Notes: generated by a model from the letters alone, not told the origin. Counted from the stretch's first letter, positions 27,877-41,490 are shown. The stretch is 64,000 nucleotides of DNA from Octopus vulgaris (GCA_951406725.2 OX597819.1:67952001-68016000), one strand, 5' to 3'. Numbers and translations are program-made.

Positions 27877-27910
27877 TTTCTGTAGAAGAGCGTAGGCTCG
27901 AAACGTAAAA
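27877..27910 (+). ncRNA. Minimal hammerhead-like motif with A6U core in a short repeat (27810-28005)
   Basis: TTT CTGTAGA A GAGC GTAG GCTC GAAA CG T A AAA; family copies at 43370-43630 (+) and 59145-59420 (-). Confidence 0.5.
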
Positions 27911-28154
27911 TACTTTTTTCTATTCCTGAGCGTTGTACTAATACATCTGTTTGTTTTGTACACCACCTGTCTTCGTCTTTTGGTTTTTTTCCTAAACTCT
28001 CCCAATATATATATATTGATGAACAGATTGAATGACTGTGGAATCAGCCAGAATATGATTTAATAAGTTTTCACCTCTTCGTCCACTAATGAACTGACAC
28101 TAGTTCCGTTCGTTTAGCCACACTGTATACTGCAAGTAAGATCGCGAATGGATG

Positions 28155-28191
<37 letters not shown>

Positions 28192-28559
28192 ACGCCGATA
28201 GAACTGAATGATGAATTAATGAATGACCTTGAAATAATAATTACTAGAGGGATAATTTGTAATAAAACTGCAGAGATGATTAATATTTAACGAAAATTTA
28301 TCACCTAACTATGAGTAACCTCAACCGTGTGAGTATTTAATATGTAGAATGCTTACCTGAGATATTTTCTACGGTGTGTTCAAAACGTCTCTCCGCATTA
28401 AGTATTTTATTGCTAAATAAATATTTATAATATGGTATAAGACTACAAAAGAGTATATTAGACTTTACAAGACATTCAAAGACTTTATAAGATGTGTTGA
28501 AAATGTCGCCCTTCATTTTCAGTACATAAGTTGACTCTTCTACACATGTTTTGAAATAC

Positions 28560-28900
28560 ATCTTGGAGAGTCAGACGCAGTGTGGACCGTGTGAAGGTTA
28601 TGATTGCATATTTTAGCTCCTTAATGGTTTTCGGGCAATTCTTCTACACTGAACTTTTATTTGCTCCCTGGAAAAAAATGCCTGCTGGTGTTAAATCAGG
28701 TGATTTTGGAGGCCAAATTTCCTTCGAAATAATCCGTTCGCCGAAAGTAGCACCATGGTGATGCACGAAGTATGCGCTGTAGCTCCATCTGGTTGGAAGT
28801 ATGCGTTATTAATTTCACTTTCAGTGGGTTAGCCTACAAATGGATAGACAATATTTGAACAATATCACTCGGTGTTGACGGGGTTTTGAAAACATTCACT
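28560..28900 (-). mobile_element. Tc1/mariner DDD/E transposase remnant
   Basis: FQPDGATAHT ... IWPPKSPDLTP. Confidence 0.8.
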
Positions 28901-29260
28901 GCGGAAAGAAGTTTTGAACAACATGTATAAGTCTTTTTGGTAATATTCATAACCAGTGACACTGATTTCCTTCTATACGTTTCATCGTTAAATTCTAGTT
29001 GTTTTAGTCATTGGAATTCAGCCGATCATGCTGGAGCACTGCCTTGAAGGGTTTGCTAAAACAAATTGTTTCCAGCACTTATTTAATTAAATGTGACGTA
29101 TGTTATATATGCCTCTTTTTCTGAACAATTAGGCTACGGGAATATAAACAAAGCATCAACTGTCAATTACTATGGAAGAATTGTGATATTCTATCGTATG
29201 CATGTGTGAATGCATTGTGTGTGTGTGTGTGTGTGTGTATGTGTGTGTGTGTGTGTGTGT

Positions 29261-29310
<50 letters not shown>

Positions 29311-29599
29311 CTGTGCGTATGTCTTCAATCTGGATTCAGTTTTCTTTTGTCAATCAACACAAGATCCAGGAACTGCCTGAATCCACAGGCAGAGTTTTGG
29401 ATCAAAAGTATCGACATTTTCATTTTAAAAAACCTGAGGAGCGAGAACAAAGAAGCCATTGAATTTTATGTTCACAATTGCGATTGATTTCACTGTTTAC
29501 ATTTTTGTTTTTTCGTAATTACCAGTTGATATCCGCGTTTTATGCAGTGTGTCAAAAGCTCTCATACCGAGTTCACTTTGCTCACCCAGAGAGCAGAGC

Positions 29600-30420
29600 G
29601 TGGTTAAGAATATAATGGTTTCAAATTTTGATACACGGTTAGGAAGTCCTCGGGAAGAGATAAATCGATTATCTCGACACCAGTGATCGAGTAGTTTTTA
29701 TTATATTGACCTCGAAAGGATGAAAGGCAAAGTGGAACGCAGCGGGATTTGAACTCCGAACATGAAGAAGGACGAAATGCCGCTAAGCGTTTTGCCAGAC
29801 GACATCACGCTTCAGCCAGCTCGCTGTCTTCATTAGGTGCGGAAAATATTGGTTTCAAATGTAGGCACAGGGTCACCAGCTTTTTCAATTGCATTGACTC
29901 CAGGATTCAACTGATACTTATTATTTTGATCACGAATGGATGTCAAAGTCAATAACTGTGGGATTTGAACTCCAAGCGTGAAGACGGGCTAAATAATCCT
30001 TTCTACTAGGGGGACAAGGCCTAAAATTTGGGGAGAGTGATAACCGATTTATCGATCGCGAAATGATGAAAGGCAAGTCGACCACGGCGGAATTTGAACT
30101 CAGAACGTAGCGACGGGTGAAATACCTATTTCTTTACTACCCACAAGGGGCTAAAGACAGAGAGAACAAACAAGGAAAGACAAACGGATTAAGTCGATTA
30201 CATCGACGCCAGTGCGTAACTGGTACTTATTTAATCGACCCCGAAAGGATGAAAGGCAAAGACGACCTCGGCGGAATTTGAACTCAGAACGTAGCGGCAG
30301 ACGAAATACCGCTAAGCATTTCGCCCGGCGTGCTAACGTTTCTGCCAGCTCGCCGCCCTCAAAGACGGACGAAATTATGCTACGCACTTTGTCCGGTCTG
30401 CTCACGATTCTGCCAGATCG
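29600..30420 (-). mobile_element. Cluster of S2 SINE copies
   Basis: Repeated GATGAAAGGCAAAG..GAC...GGAATTTGAACTC; best copy 30127-30358. Confidence 0.75.
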
Positions 30421-30891
30421 CTACCGTGAATGTGTGGTTATTTTTTTATAAATATGCAATTATTAAGAAATTAACCTTTTCTATTTCTTATGTGGTAATA
30501 CACTTGTAGCTTTGGGGTGCAAAACTGAATCTAAATTTTCCTAGTGGTGTAAGACAAAGAAAATGCTGAAAACCGATGTCCTACGTAGGTCTTTGGTTAT
30601 TTTTTTTTTTTTAGATAAAAACAGATTATTCACTCGCAAATTATACCCTAATATCTTGGAAACGGAGAAGACGTTCGTGAATGCAGCAGAGAGGTTCAAT
30701 AACACCGAAAACGAATTGATCATAACTAGAATATTTCTGAAAGTTGCTTCTGCTTAATCAAAGCAAAGTAGAACGGATACAAACAAAAAATATATATATT
30801 TACTGAAAAATAAACATATACCTTATACGCACTCTATCAACCTTCTGCCTCTTTCCAAAACCTTTTTCTGTCAATGATATTTATTCCCACA

Positions 30892-31473
30892 AGGTGGCAA
30901 GCTGGCAGAAACGCTAGCGAGCCGGTCGAAATGCTTAGTGGTATTTCGTCTGTCGTTACGTTCTGAGTTCAAATTCCTCCATGATCGACTTTGCCTTTCA
31001 TCCTTTCGGAGTCCGTAAATTAAGTACCAGATACGCACTGGGGTCGATATAATCGATTATTCCGTCTGTCTGTCCTTGTTTGTCTCCTCTGTGTTTAGCC
31101 CTTTGTGGGTAGTAAAGAAATAAGTATTTCGGCTGCCGCTACGTTCTGAGTTCAAATTTCGCCATGGTCGATTTTGCCTTTCGTACTTTCGGGGTCGATA
31201 AATTAAGTATCAGTTACGCACTGGGGTAGATATAATCGACTTAATCCGTCTGCCTGTCCTTGTTTGTCCTCTCTGTGTTTAGCGCCTTGTGGATAGTAAA
31301 GAAATAGGTGTTTCGTCTGTCTTTACGTTCTGAGTTCAAATTACTTTCGGGATCGAATTTGCCCTTCATCCTTTCGGGGTCGATAAATTGAATACCAGTT
31401 GCGTACTGGGGTCGATCTAATCGACTGGCTCCCTCTTCAAAAAATTTCGGGCCTTGTGCCTAGAGTAGAAAAG
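30892..31473 (+). mobile_element. S2 SINE trimer (one head, three bodies) with 16-bp TSD
   Basis: TSD GATATTTATTCCCACA at 30876-30891 and 31474-31489. Confidence 0.85.
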
Positions 31474-31540
31474 GATATTTATTCCCACAGTCAATCTCTA
31501 CTCCATCTCCCCACTACTCTCTCTGTCTCCCCCCCTCTAT

Positions 31541-31600
<60 letters not shown>

Positions 31601-32244
31601 TTCTATCTCTATCTCACTCGCTCCAATTTGCGTGTATTGGTTGCGCTTGATACACCTGAGATAATTAATTTGCAAAAATAAATAAATAAATAATAAATTA
31701 ACTATTTGATTAAGAAGTGTGTGACAAGGTGAACGGATAATTATACATGAAAAGAATAGCTCTTTTTATGCACTTCCATGTCAATGTTGCTAAGCCATCA
31801 GTTAAAACCATTGACGAAAACAAATAACAAGGATAGAAACAACGTTTTAATTTGTTGTTTCTTTTCATAATATTAATACTGTTAATACTATTTGTCCTAC
31901 TAATACAACTACTATGGCTGCAAGATAATGGGCTCCCCTGACGTAAACGAGAAATGAAGGTTTTGCAGTTTCTTGCTTAAAAAAAGACCTGCACAGATGA
32001 TTTGTTTATAGTGATTAATTTTCTGCTGCACATTGGTTCACACGCTGCAACAAATTGACATTTTCTGTACAAGTGCAAGCTAGGTCAGTCGTCAGATGTC
32101 GACGTCATCGCCGAGTAAGGAGAAATGAAATATTTTGTTCAACATTACAACGCATCACTTTGTACGGGAATTCATGAGGTGGTCTTGCGTTCGTGAGCGC
32201 AAAACGATAACCACCATACTACGCTAGCCTCAGAGCTGTTACTC

Positions 32245-32452
32245 TCTTTTCTTTACTTGTTTAAGTCATTTGATTGTGGCCATGTTGGAACACCGCATTT
32301 AGTCGAGAGAAAATCGACCCCATGACTTATTCTTTGTAAGACTAGTACTTATTATATCGGTCTCTTTTACCGAACCGCTAAGTTACGGGGGCGTAAACAC
32401 ACAACAATCGGTTGTCAAGTGATGTTGTGGGGACAAACACAAACGCAAAATC

Positions 32453-32498
<46 letters not shown>

Positions 32499-32620
32499 GA
32501 CGGGCTTTTTTCAGTTTCTACCTACCAAATCCACTCACAAGGTGCCGCGCAGTGGGACTGAACCACGAATCATGTTGTTGGTAAGCAAGCAACTTACCAC
32601 ACAGCCACTCCTACGCCTGT
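32245..32620 (-). mobile_element. SINE family S1 (internally deleted)
   Basis: Reverse complement of the S1 head and tail. Confidence 0.75.
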
Positions 32621-32670
32621 TGCTAGTTCCATTAAAAATTGTGAGTCTTTTACATAAAATTCGAATATAA

Positions 32671-32826
32671 AGGCGCATGAGTGGCTGAGTGGTAAGTAGC
32701 TGCGTGGTTACCAACCATATGGTTCCGGGTTCAGTCCATCAGCGAAGTACTTTGGGAAAGTGTCTTCTCGTATAGCTTCGAGCCGTCCAAGTCCTTGTGA
32801 GTAAGGAAACTGAAAGAAACCTGTCG

Positions 32827-32868
<42 letters not shown>

Positions 32869-33100
32869 TGTGTGGGTGTGTATTTGTGTGTGTTTGTGTG
32901 TTTGTGCTTGTCTCCTCCACCTTCGCTTGACAACCAATGTTGGTGTGCTTACGACCCGAGTAACTTAGCAATTCGACAAAAGAAACAGATAGAATAAGTA
33001 CTAGGCTTACAAAGAATGGGTCCCGGGGTCCATTTGTTCAACTAAACGCGGTGCTCCAGCATGGCTGCAGTCAAATGACTGAAACAAATAAAAGAAAACA
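32671..33100 (+). mobile_element. SINE family S1, full length
   Basis: GGCGCATGAGTGGCTGAGTGGTAAG...GGTTCAGTCC...GCAGTCAAATGACTGAAAC. Confidence 0.8.
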
Positions 33101-33214
33101 AAAATGCATTTTATTCAATTTATCATTAATAGAAAAGTTAGATGATAATCTCTAGTCAATTGTGTCATTACAGTTCTGTATTTAAGAGATGTGGAATTCT
33201 GTACATTATTTACA

Positions 33215-33520
33215 TTATTTTACATTTCACAGATATTAGTCCTCATCTTGTTTGTTGTTAACACAACGTTTCGTCTGATATACCTTCCAGCCTTCATCAG
33301 GTGACTTGGGGAAATTTCGAACCTGGGTTCTCATTCCTAAGGTATTTTCGTTGTCGTCGTCGTCGTTGTTGTTGTTTATAACATCGAAAAATACCTTAGG
33401 AATGAGAACCCAGGTTCGAAATTTCCCCCAAGACACCTGATGAAGGTTGGAAAGTATATCAACCGAAACGTGTTAACAGCAAACAGGATGAGGACAAATA
33501 TCCGTTGAATGTAAATAATG
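33215..33520. mobile_element. Inverted pair of Penelope-like terminal repeats, each with a hammerhead motif
   Basis: About 33220-33350 is the reverse complement of about 33385-33518. The same repeat occurs next to the GIY-YIG remnant at 57730-57880. Confidence 0.8.
33260..33305 (-). ncRNA. Minimal type I hammerhead (Penelope-type)
   Basis: GTCAC CTGATGA A GGCTG GAAGGTATAT CAGAC GAAA CG T T GTGTT. Confidence 0.6.
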
Positions 33521-33599
33521 TAATTGTGGCATTGTTCTACCAAATGATTGCTAAGGTTACTCAGATGTTGAATGCAGTTGATCAATCATATTGATGCAG

Positions 33600-33940
33600 G
33601 ATCCTCATGATCTCTTACCAGAATGGAATCACAAGTTCTGAAGATCCAAGAGGTGCTGATCTACGCAACTTCCAATAGGTATGATTAAAAGAAAATTGAG
33701 AACTTGTATGTTATGTTTTTCTACTGTCAGAAGAATGAATACCCCAGGCAGTTATACAATAGCTACCACCAGAAAGACAGGCGGAAAGAAGGAGATCCAA
33801 GAAAACATTGTCTGAACAAGATCTGAAGTAATTTCACGTCATCTGAGAAGATTCAGGGAACTGTACTCAAAATCGGGAGGGCTGAAGATATATTGCAGCT
33901 CAGCGTACAAGCGAATTGCACGGGAAGATTTAAGACAAGG
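33600..33940 (+). mobile_element. Degenerate RTE LINE 3' end
   Basis: GR.RRSKKT..DL...QNREG*R resembles the RTE ORF C-terminus. Confidence 0.45.
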
Positions 33941-35126
33941 ATTATTTATTTTCCAGGTTTCTGTGGTTGACGGAAAATAATCGCCGAAGGGAGACTGAAA
34001 TACTCAGTGACTAGGGTACGATACGAACCTGGATTAACAGCATTTGTTTGTTTTTTTCTACTATACTTTTTCATACTCTACTCTGTTTAGTTTTCCGTCG
34101 TTCTCAAAGATTTTCTAATGGAATTTACTTATAACAATTGTTCAACAGCTTGTTCGAAAATTCTGTGATGGTGGATCCAAGTTGGAGGAAGTGGAGTCTT
34201 TATGACTGAAATCTTGTATAACGTGTTAGAACTTCATAAAACAAGCCAACATTGGAAGTTATAATCTAATCTAGACAAAGCTGATATAAACAAATGTAAG
34301 CTAAGCCAAACTATAGGCAGAACATGTCTTTATGTAGAATTCTTCAATTGCTGCATAAGACAAGCAATTCAATTTTCTGACTACATTTTAGGAAACAATT
34401 TCTTGAAATGCCATTAGAAAGTATAAATTTAAGTGTAAACAACGAGTTTTATTTGTATTGAAGATTAAAGAAGGAGAATTTCTATACAACCTAAGATAAA
34501 AGTTATAATAAATAAACAAAATAGAATGAAAGAGAAAAAACACAGAGAGATAGAGAGACAGAGAGAATTTGAAAATTTATTTCATTAGTAAAACGATAAA
34601 GTAGATTTCTAAATAGTTTTATCGTTTGTAGGACACGGCCAAGTTAAAACTATTTTAAACATATATTGTGGAAAATTTTGTGGCAGATTACTATAAAGTA
34701 AAATGAAATGAAAACATGAATAATGACGCAACATGGAAGCACAGTGTGGAGAAGAAGAGAAGCAGGAGGAAGGCTTGTCATGAGATGCAGTGGGAGATGA
34801 TTGAAAACTGCACAGAATTTGATAGATTACAATTGAATGATACGACTTGGCTGAGAAAATTGATAAATCTCAAAGTGTATGAAATTTAGAGTTAAAATTA
34901 TTGCCTGGGGGGAGTTGACTGGTATTATTGTCATTGAATATCTGATAATTTAGTAACTAATCATGAGGTGTAACATCATTGAGATCTTTTCGTTGTATTC
35001 TTTTGAGCAGAGCTCTGTGTTCGTCTACTTGTTGCAAATAAAAGAATGGTCATATATCGGTGCCATATCTTGGCTCGCGATTAGGAACTGTGGCTAAAAC
35101 TGCGCCATTTGAATATTATATACATG

Positions 35127-35342
35127 AGGCGGCGAACTGGTAGAAACGTTAGCACGCCGGGCGAAATGCTTACCTGTATTTCGTCTGTCTCCACTTCCTG
35201 AGTTCAAATTCCGCCAAAGTAAACTTTGCCTTTCATCCTTTCGGGATCTATAAATTAAGTACCAGTTGCGTACTAGGGTCGATGAAATCGACTGTCCCCT
35301 TCTCCCAAAATTTCGGGCCTTGCTCCAAGAGTAGAAAAGAAT
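35127..35342 (+). mobile_element. SINE family S2, full length
   Basis: GGCGGCGAACTGGTAGAAACGTTAGCACGCCGG...AGAGTAGAAAAG; flanked by an apparent TSD GAATATTATATACAT. Confidence 0.85.
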
Positions 35343-35424
35343 ATTATATACATTCCTACATACATACATACATACACTCACACAGACACACACAAACACA
35401 CACACACAGACATACACACAAACG

Positions 35425-35489
<65 letters not shown>

Positions 35490-35805
35490 TCTTGGCGAAG
35501 GCAGTGACTATTACTGAGGCGGAGAAAATGCTTAGCATGATTTCTTATATTCTGAACTGAAAGTTCGCCGAAATTACTTTAACTTTCATTCTTTAGGGAC
35601 CATTGAATTAAGTAAGATTTAATAAGCACTGGGTCTCCCTAAAATTTGCTTGCCTGGTGCCAAAATCTGCAGCTATTATTACTTCGCTTGGAATGTATTC
35701 ACGGTAATTTCAAACTTTGTAACGTCGGTGATAGATTCGAAAATGATAGTAATATACATTAACTTGCTCACCTAATTTTCCGTTGATGATTTTACCCGAC
35801 TTGAA

Positions 35806-36878
35806 CCCTTTCGTTACCAAACCGCCCAAAGCCGCCCAAAAAATTTTTTTGTTAATGTGACCAAACCGCCCAAAGCCGCCCGAATTTACCTATTCATATT
35901 TAAATGAGAATATCAGAGCAAATCTCTTTAGTACTTTCGTGAAAACACGTGATTATGCTTCGTAAACAGATCATCTACAGTTTTGTACAACGATCGACGT
36001 GTAATTTTAATTCCTCGAATTTTGGGAGATTTTTTTCCACATTTTTTTCGGCATCGATTTTTCTTCAACTTTGAAAATAGATAGGAATTTCATGTTATCA
36101 AGCATTGATTCCGAATTGGAAAATTTGTGAAGCAAATACTGGGTACTGTTGTGGATTTAGTTTTTATACAGGGAAACTAATGTTAGTCAGCATGGCTTAG
36201 GGTATGATGTGGTCTGGAAGTTATTGTTTGAAGCGATCAATTGTTTGAAGCGATCAAACTTACACAGAAAGTAAACAAACACAAAATGGGGGTTCAAATT
36301 TCGGAAAATTTGTGAAGCAAATACTGGGTACTGCGTGGATTTAGTTTTTATACAGGGAAAATAATGTTAGTCAGCATGGCCTAGGGAACGATGTGGTCTG
36401 GAATTTATCACTGCCATACCATAACTAGGGCCGTATATTATTTTTTGACCGATTTCTTTAGTGGATTCCAATATTTCAGTTTATTCCACCTTTATGGTAC
36501 ACCTGTTGCGCATTAAATTCAACTGATGATATAGTGATGTGCACAATTCTTCTTTATCAAACTGTTGTTGCATACCCATTTGAATATTAGCTGATGATTC
36601 ATTTTCTATGGTGATGTTTAAACAAAATTTTAATATTTTTATCTTTTGCTCAATTTACTTGGATTTACCTGTAATTAAAGTCACTTTGAGACAAAAGTTA
36701 TGCAATAGAATTGATTAAGAACCCTTTCTTTAATTATGTTCCAAATATCACATTAATATGTTGATAAGTAAAAAAGTTACAGTTATTTAATGAAACAAGC
36801 CTAGATTCATGATTATTTTAGAATTTAATTGAAACTCATGAGGGGTGTATTTTAGTCAGAAATATAGTAACGAAAGGG
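35806..36878 (+). mobile_element. piggyBac deletion derivative
   Basis: TIRs CCCTTTCGTTAC/GTAACGAAAGGG with flanks TGAA/TTAA; internal transposase scraps QHGLGYDVVWKL and YHN*GRILFFDRF; internal roughly 105-bp duplication. Confidence 0.85.
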
Positions 36879-37208
36879 TTAAAGAATATCTCCCCGCGAT
36901 ACAAATAAAAAAAAAACGGGATACATTATGAAATTCACAAATTTTACTTTCTTCTCCTATAATATCTTCCTAAAGACGATGTTGCAGAAAAAGAAAAGTG
37001 TTTCAAATTATGTATAACTTGGTATTTAATTTTTCCTATTTGGTATGACACACGAATAGATTTAAAACATCCTTCTGCCTTATTGATAAATTTGCTTTAT
37101 TGCTATAAAATTACTGCTATTGAAATGTTCGACCTTTGTTTTAAAGCATTCCCTATTCATCATTAATTGATTGGTTTTTATATGAAATGGATTGCATATC
37201 ATGAACTG

Positions 37209-37311
37209 CTAGTGACGATCCCGCTCCACGATTTTCACTATTTTCTGAATTCAAAAATATGTTTTGAAAAGTGAGCTGAAATAGTCGAACAGTGAATTTT
37301 ATTTATATAGA
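37209..37311 (-). mobile_element. Possible roughly 100-bp Helitron relic
   Basis: Minus strand begins TCTATATAAATAAAA and ends CTAG; 3' hairpin incomplete. Confidence 0.35.
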
Positions 37312-37675
37312 AGGGTTTGCAACATTCCATTACTTTGACATTCTAATTAGCATAAGCCTAACGCCTTCTCACCTTCGAGTTTCGTTTCGGTGTGGTTGAC
37401 ACTACAAACTCAAATATATACGACGGCCTTCAACAGTTTCACTCACAAGGCGATGGTCTATCCAAGGCTATAGTTAGGGAACAGTTGTCATACCTGCCGC
37501 GCATTGGGACTGAAACCGAAACCATATGGTTGTAAAGCAAGCCCCTGAACCACACGCCCATGTCTGTGCTTTGTGTATCAATTCAACATCTTGGTACACT
37601 GGAATATTCGGGAATTAAGCAACATCGAATCATATGAATAGAATGACTTGTTTATACTATGTAATATGGTGCATA

Positions 37676-37849
37676 CGAAGGGATGCTGAAAAGTTCTTGG
37701 CTTTAGGTAACAGAAAATACAGAAGGATAAGTTAATTATTGCAGAGGTCTTTCAGTTTTTGTAAACCTGTAAAAGAATTCAAAGGGTTGGGCCTTCAAAT
37801 AACACTTTCGCGATATCCTTAAAGCCAGGAACTTTTCAGCATCCCTTTG
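37676..37849. mobile_element. Mariner-type MITE with TA TSD
   Basis: TA CGAAGGGATGCTGAAAAGTTCTTGGCTTTAGG ... CTTAAAGCCAGGAACTTTTCAGCATCCCTTTG TA. Confidence 0.8.
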
Positions 37850-39267
37850 TATCAGTGCATGCTTTCAGAAATTTAATACGACCGTTCCTAAAAGTGCAAA
37901 TACTATTTTAATGGTTTGGGGTTGGAATATTAGTTTCCAGTTTCTCTTTTCTAGAAAACGTACATAACACATGAACATAAACGCATAGCTGATATTCAAA
38001 ACGAAAATAAAAAATAATTAAATGAAAAAAATAATGAAATAAACAAACTAATTAAATATAGATTTAGGAAAATACAAAAAAAAAAATAAATAAATAAAAT
38101 CAAAAGCTTGCAGAATCAACAATATCATCAATAAAAAAGACAAATGTCAGTATTTGTTTTATAGTGTTCAATAAGTATTTGTTTTTGAAAGAAAAAAACG
38201 TGACAAGAAAACACGTATTGTTTTCAATAGTGTATGTTCTTTTAAGTGTTGTTTTTTTATACAGACGAGGTATCGGTCGTTAAATTCATATTTATTATAC
38301 GTTTCTGTTAAATTTTCTCTTTTATATTAAGCTTCTTGCATTTAAAATTTGACATATATAGAAACACAGATGCATATTTCATAAGTACACGGATATTCAA
38401 ATATACAATATGCTTAGACTTTTGGCAAACGTCAATACATATAGACATGCATAAGACCAGTATCCGAGAGGTAACTACGGATATGTTGTATAACGTCATT
38501 ATCGAAATACGTCCAATAATGACATTGGCATATAACAAGAAACAGTAAATATTTCAACAGATGAAAGAGAAATAGTATTTGATAAAAAACAAGACATAAT
38601 AATGAATGAATCAACAAAAAAGCACTCCATAACACTTAAATTCTATAAAATTCGACAGACAGAGGTAAACCTAAGCCTAACATGGAAAGGTTCGAAACTC
38701 TTGGTTAAAAGAAGAAACAGAAATTGTATATTTAGCTGCAAAGGCCCAGCACTGACCCTCACCTAATTGCAGAAATTATGATTTCTAATTAAGGCGCACG
38801 GCCAGTAAGTTGGCTGGGAGGATTTTCGTCAATACCGCAGAGCCTAATACTTATGATTTAATTTATCAATTCCGAAACGCTGAAAGGCCGAATTCACCTC
38901 GGTGGAATTTGAAATAAATTTATTGAAATCTGGAAGTGCTTTTGAATATTTTGGCCGACACCCTAACGATTCTGTAACGCAGCCCTAATGGTTAGAGAAA
39001 TGAGAAAATATAGAAGAGTAATTATCACGTGTAAAGTGTGCAATCAGCATAAGTTGAGAATTGAGACGTCATGTCTTTTTGTTTAGTTATTAAATCTGAA
39101 TATATCCATAAATTCTATTGAGTCGGTGTTTATGTTGATGGGAAATATACCAACACTTCAAGTCGAGAAGACATACCTTGTGGTTTAGGCATATGCCAAA
39201 AGTGATACTTGGCACAGCAGGCTGGTAAGAATCATGTGAGTGAAGTCAGTTAAGATATAACATTTAA

Positions 39268-41168
39268 TTTCCGAAGAAATGGTATCAGATTTTCCCCATT
39301 TAAATTCTGTAGCTAAGTCTAAAGAAAAAATTGACATGCAAATTGCGTAACTGGAAACCAGATGAAGCAGGCGTATAGGTATATTTTTACATGTCAATTT
39401 TTTTTCTCTTTTCGTTTTTGAAGTTTCTTCTCAGAATTCGTAAAATACAAACCATACAAAACAGTTGTTACTAAACATTGTAACGTAAAACCAGCAGCCC
39501 CCATATCACATACTCTACACAGTCACCAGTCCACATTAAAAAATATTCGGTAACTCGCACAATGCATTCTGGCAGGCACATTCAATTGGATACCACTATT
39601 CCCACTATGTACCTTGTCATTTTTCAGTTTATCTCCCAATAATGAATAAAAAAGAAAAAGAAAAGGCAAGCCATACCTAACATCAAGACAAGGAAACACG
39701 CGAAAATACCGGGATAAAATTTTCGAAAACTAGAATGAAAAGTGCTATATGTTGATAGACATGTCGGTCTCTTTTCACAAAAAAATATCGCCTGGGATGT
39801 GGTCGAGAAACTATCAAAACGCAAAGAACTTGATTAAATGTTATATCAAAACGAAGATAATACTGTTTCAAACTTTTCGGGGAAGTAAGTAACTCAATCG
39901 GATCGACCTGATTACTCAACTGCTACTTATTTTATCGACTCGAAAGGATGAAAAGTTAAATCGTCAGAATTATAACCCAGAAGGTAAAAACGGACGAACG
40001 CCGCTACGCAGGTTGTCTGGCGCGTTAACGAATCTGCCAGTTCAACGTCTTAAAAATCGAAACAATATTGGCTACAAATTTTGACACGAGACCATTATGG
40101 TCTTGGGAAGGAGTAAATTGATTGCATCGACCCCAGTGCTCAACTGGTATTTATTTTATCGAGCCGAAAGGATGAATGGCAAAGTAGAATACGGCGGAAT
40201 TTGAACTCAGAGGTACGAAATGTCGCTCATCATTTTGACCAGTTTACAAACGATTCGGACAGGAAATTAATAAAGTAAACGAAGAAATATTGGCAGTAGC
40301 TGAAGATCTGCATACGATAACGAAGTATATGAACAAAATCGAAAGTAAGTGTATTATGGCTCTCAATTCAGCGCTCAATTTGGAAAACTACCTCATCAGA
40401 ATAGAGCTAAAGTCCCATACAAATCATTTTCATTTTAATGGCAGAAGTCACATACTATTTTCCATACACAACACATTCCCTCTATAATCAAAGTCTAAAT
40501 GGTATAAGAGATCTCACACAGCACGTATTCTACGGCTTTCCTATCAAACAATGCAGCTTAAATCATACAAACCATACATTTTCTATACTCTTACGAAATT
40601 GAATTCCGATGGTATAAAACTGAAATACAGTTAACGTTCTACACAGTTGTTACTAAACATTGTAACGTAAAACCAGCAGCCCCCATATCACATACTCTAC
40701 ACAGTCACCAGTCCACATTAAAAAATATTCGGTAACTCACACAATGCATTCTGGCAGGCACATTCAATTGGATACCACTATTCCCACTATGTACCTTGTC
40801 ATTTTTCAGTTTATCTCCCAATAATGAATAAAAAAGAAAAAGAAAAGGCAAGCCATACCTAACATCAAGACAACACTTTCAGAAAACAATTATGTTGCAT
40901 ATAGTCTTTCTACATCATAATAAAATCGACTGGCAAAAATTCTGAATCTTGTAAATCAATATTCGCTCAAACGGACAGTTTTCCGAAGAAATTGTATCAG
41001 ATTTTCCCCATTTAAATTCTGTAGCTAAGTCTAAAGAAAAAATTGACATGCAAATTGCGTAACTGGAAACCAGATGAAGCAGGCGTACAGGTATATTTTT
41101 ACATGTCAATTTTTTTTCTCTTTTCGTTTTTGAAGTTTCTTCTCAGATTTCGTAAAATACAAACCATA
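39268..41168. repeat. Local duplication with swapped block order (A-B versus B-x-A)
   Basis: A 39268-39456 matches 40980-41168; B 39461-39691 matches 40643-40873; both near-identical. Confidence 0.9.
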
Positions 41169-41289
41169 TTAGACAGGCGCAGAAATGGCTACGTGGCGAA
41201 GAGCTTCGTTTCAGAGCTAAGTGGTTCTTTGTTCGAACTCATTATATAGTCCATATTGCCTCCGATTAACATTCTCAGTAGAATAATCT

Positions 41290-41490
41290 TTTCTAATCTA
41301 GGCACAAGACACGAAATTTTGGGGGAGTGGTGGCCAGTCGATTAGATCGACCTCAGTATGCAACTGGTACTTAGTTTATCGACTCCGAAAGTATGAAAGA
41401 CAAAGTCGACTTCGGTGGAATTTGAACTCAAAACATAAAGACAAACGAAATACAGGCTAAGCATTTCGCCCATCGTGCTAACGTTTCTGC
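41290..41490 (-). mobile_element. SINE family S2
   Basis: Reverse complement of the S2 body and tail. Confidence 0.75.

Noticed and set aside
30892-31473. Regularly spaced repeats as a CRISPR-like array
   Set aside because: The units are whole SINE bodies with no unique spacers; eukaryotic context
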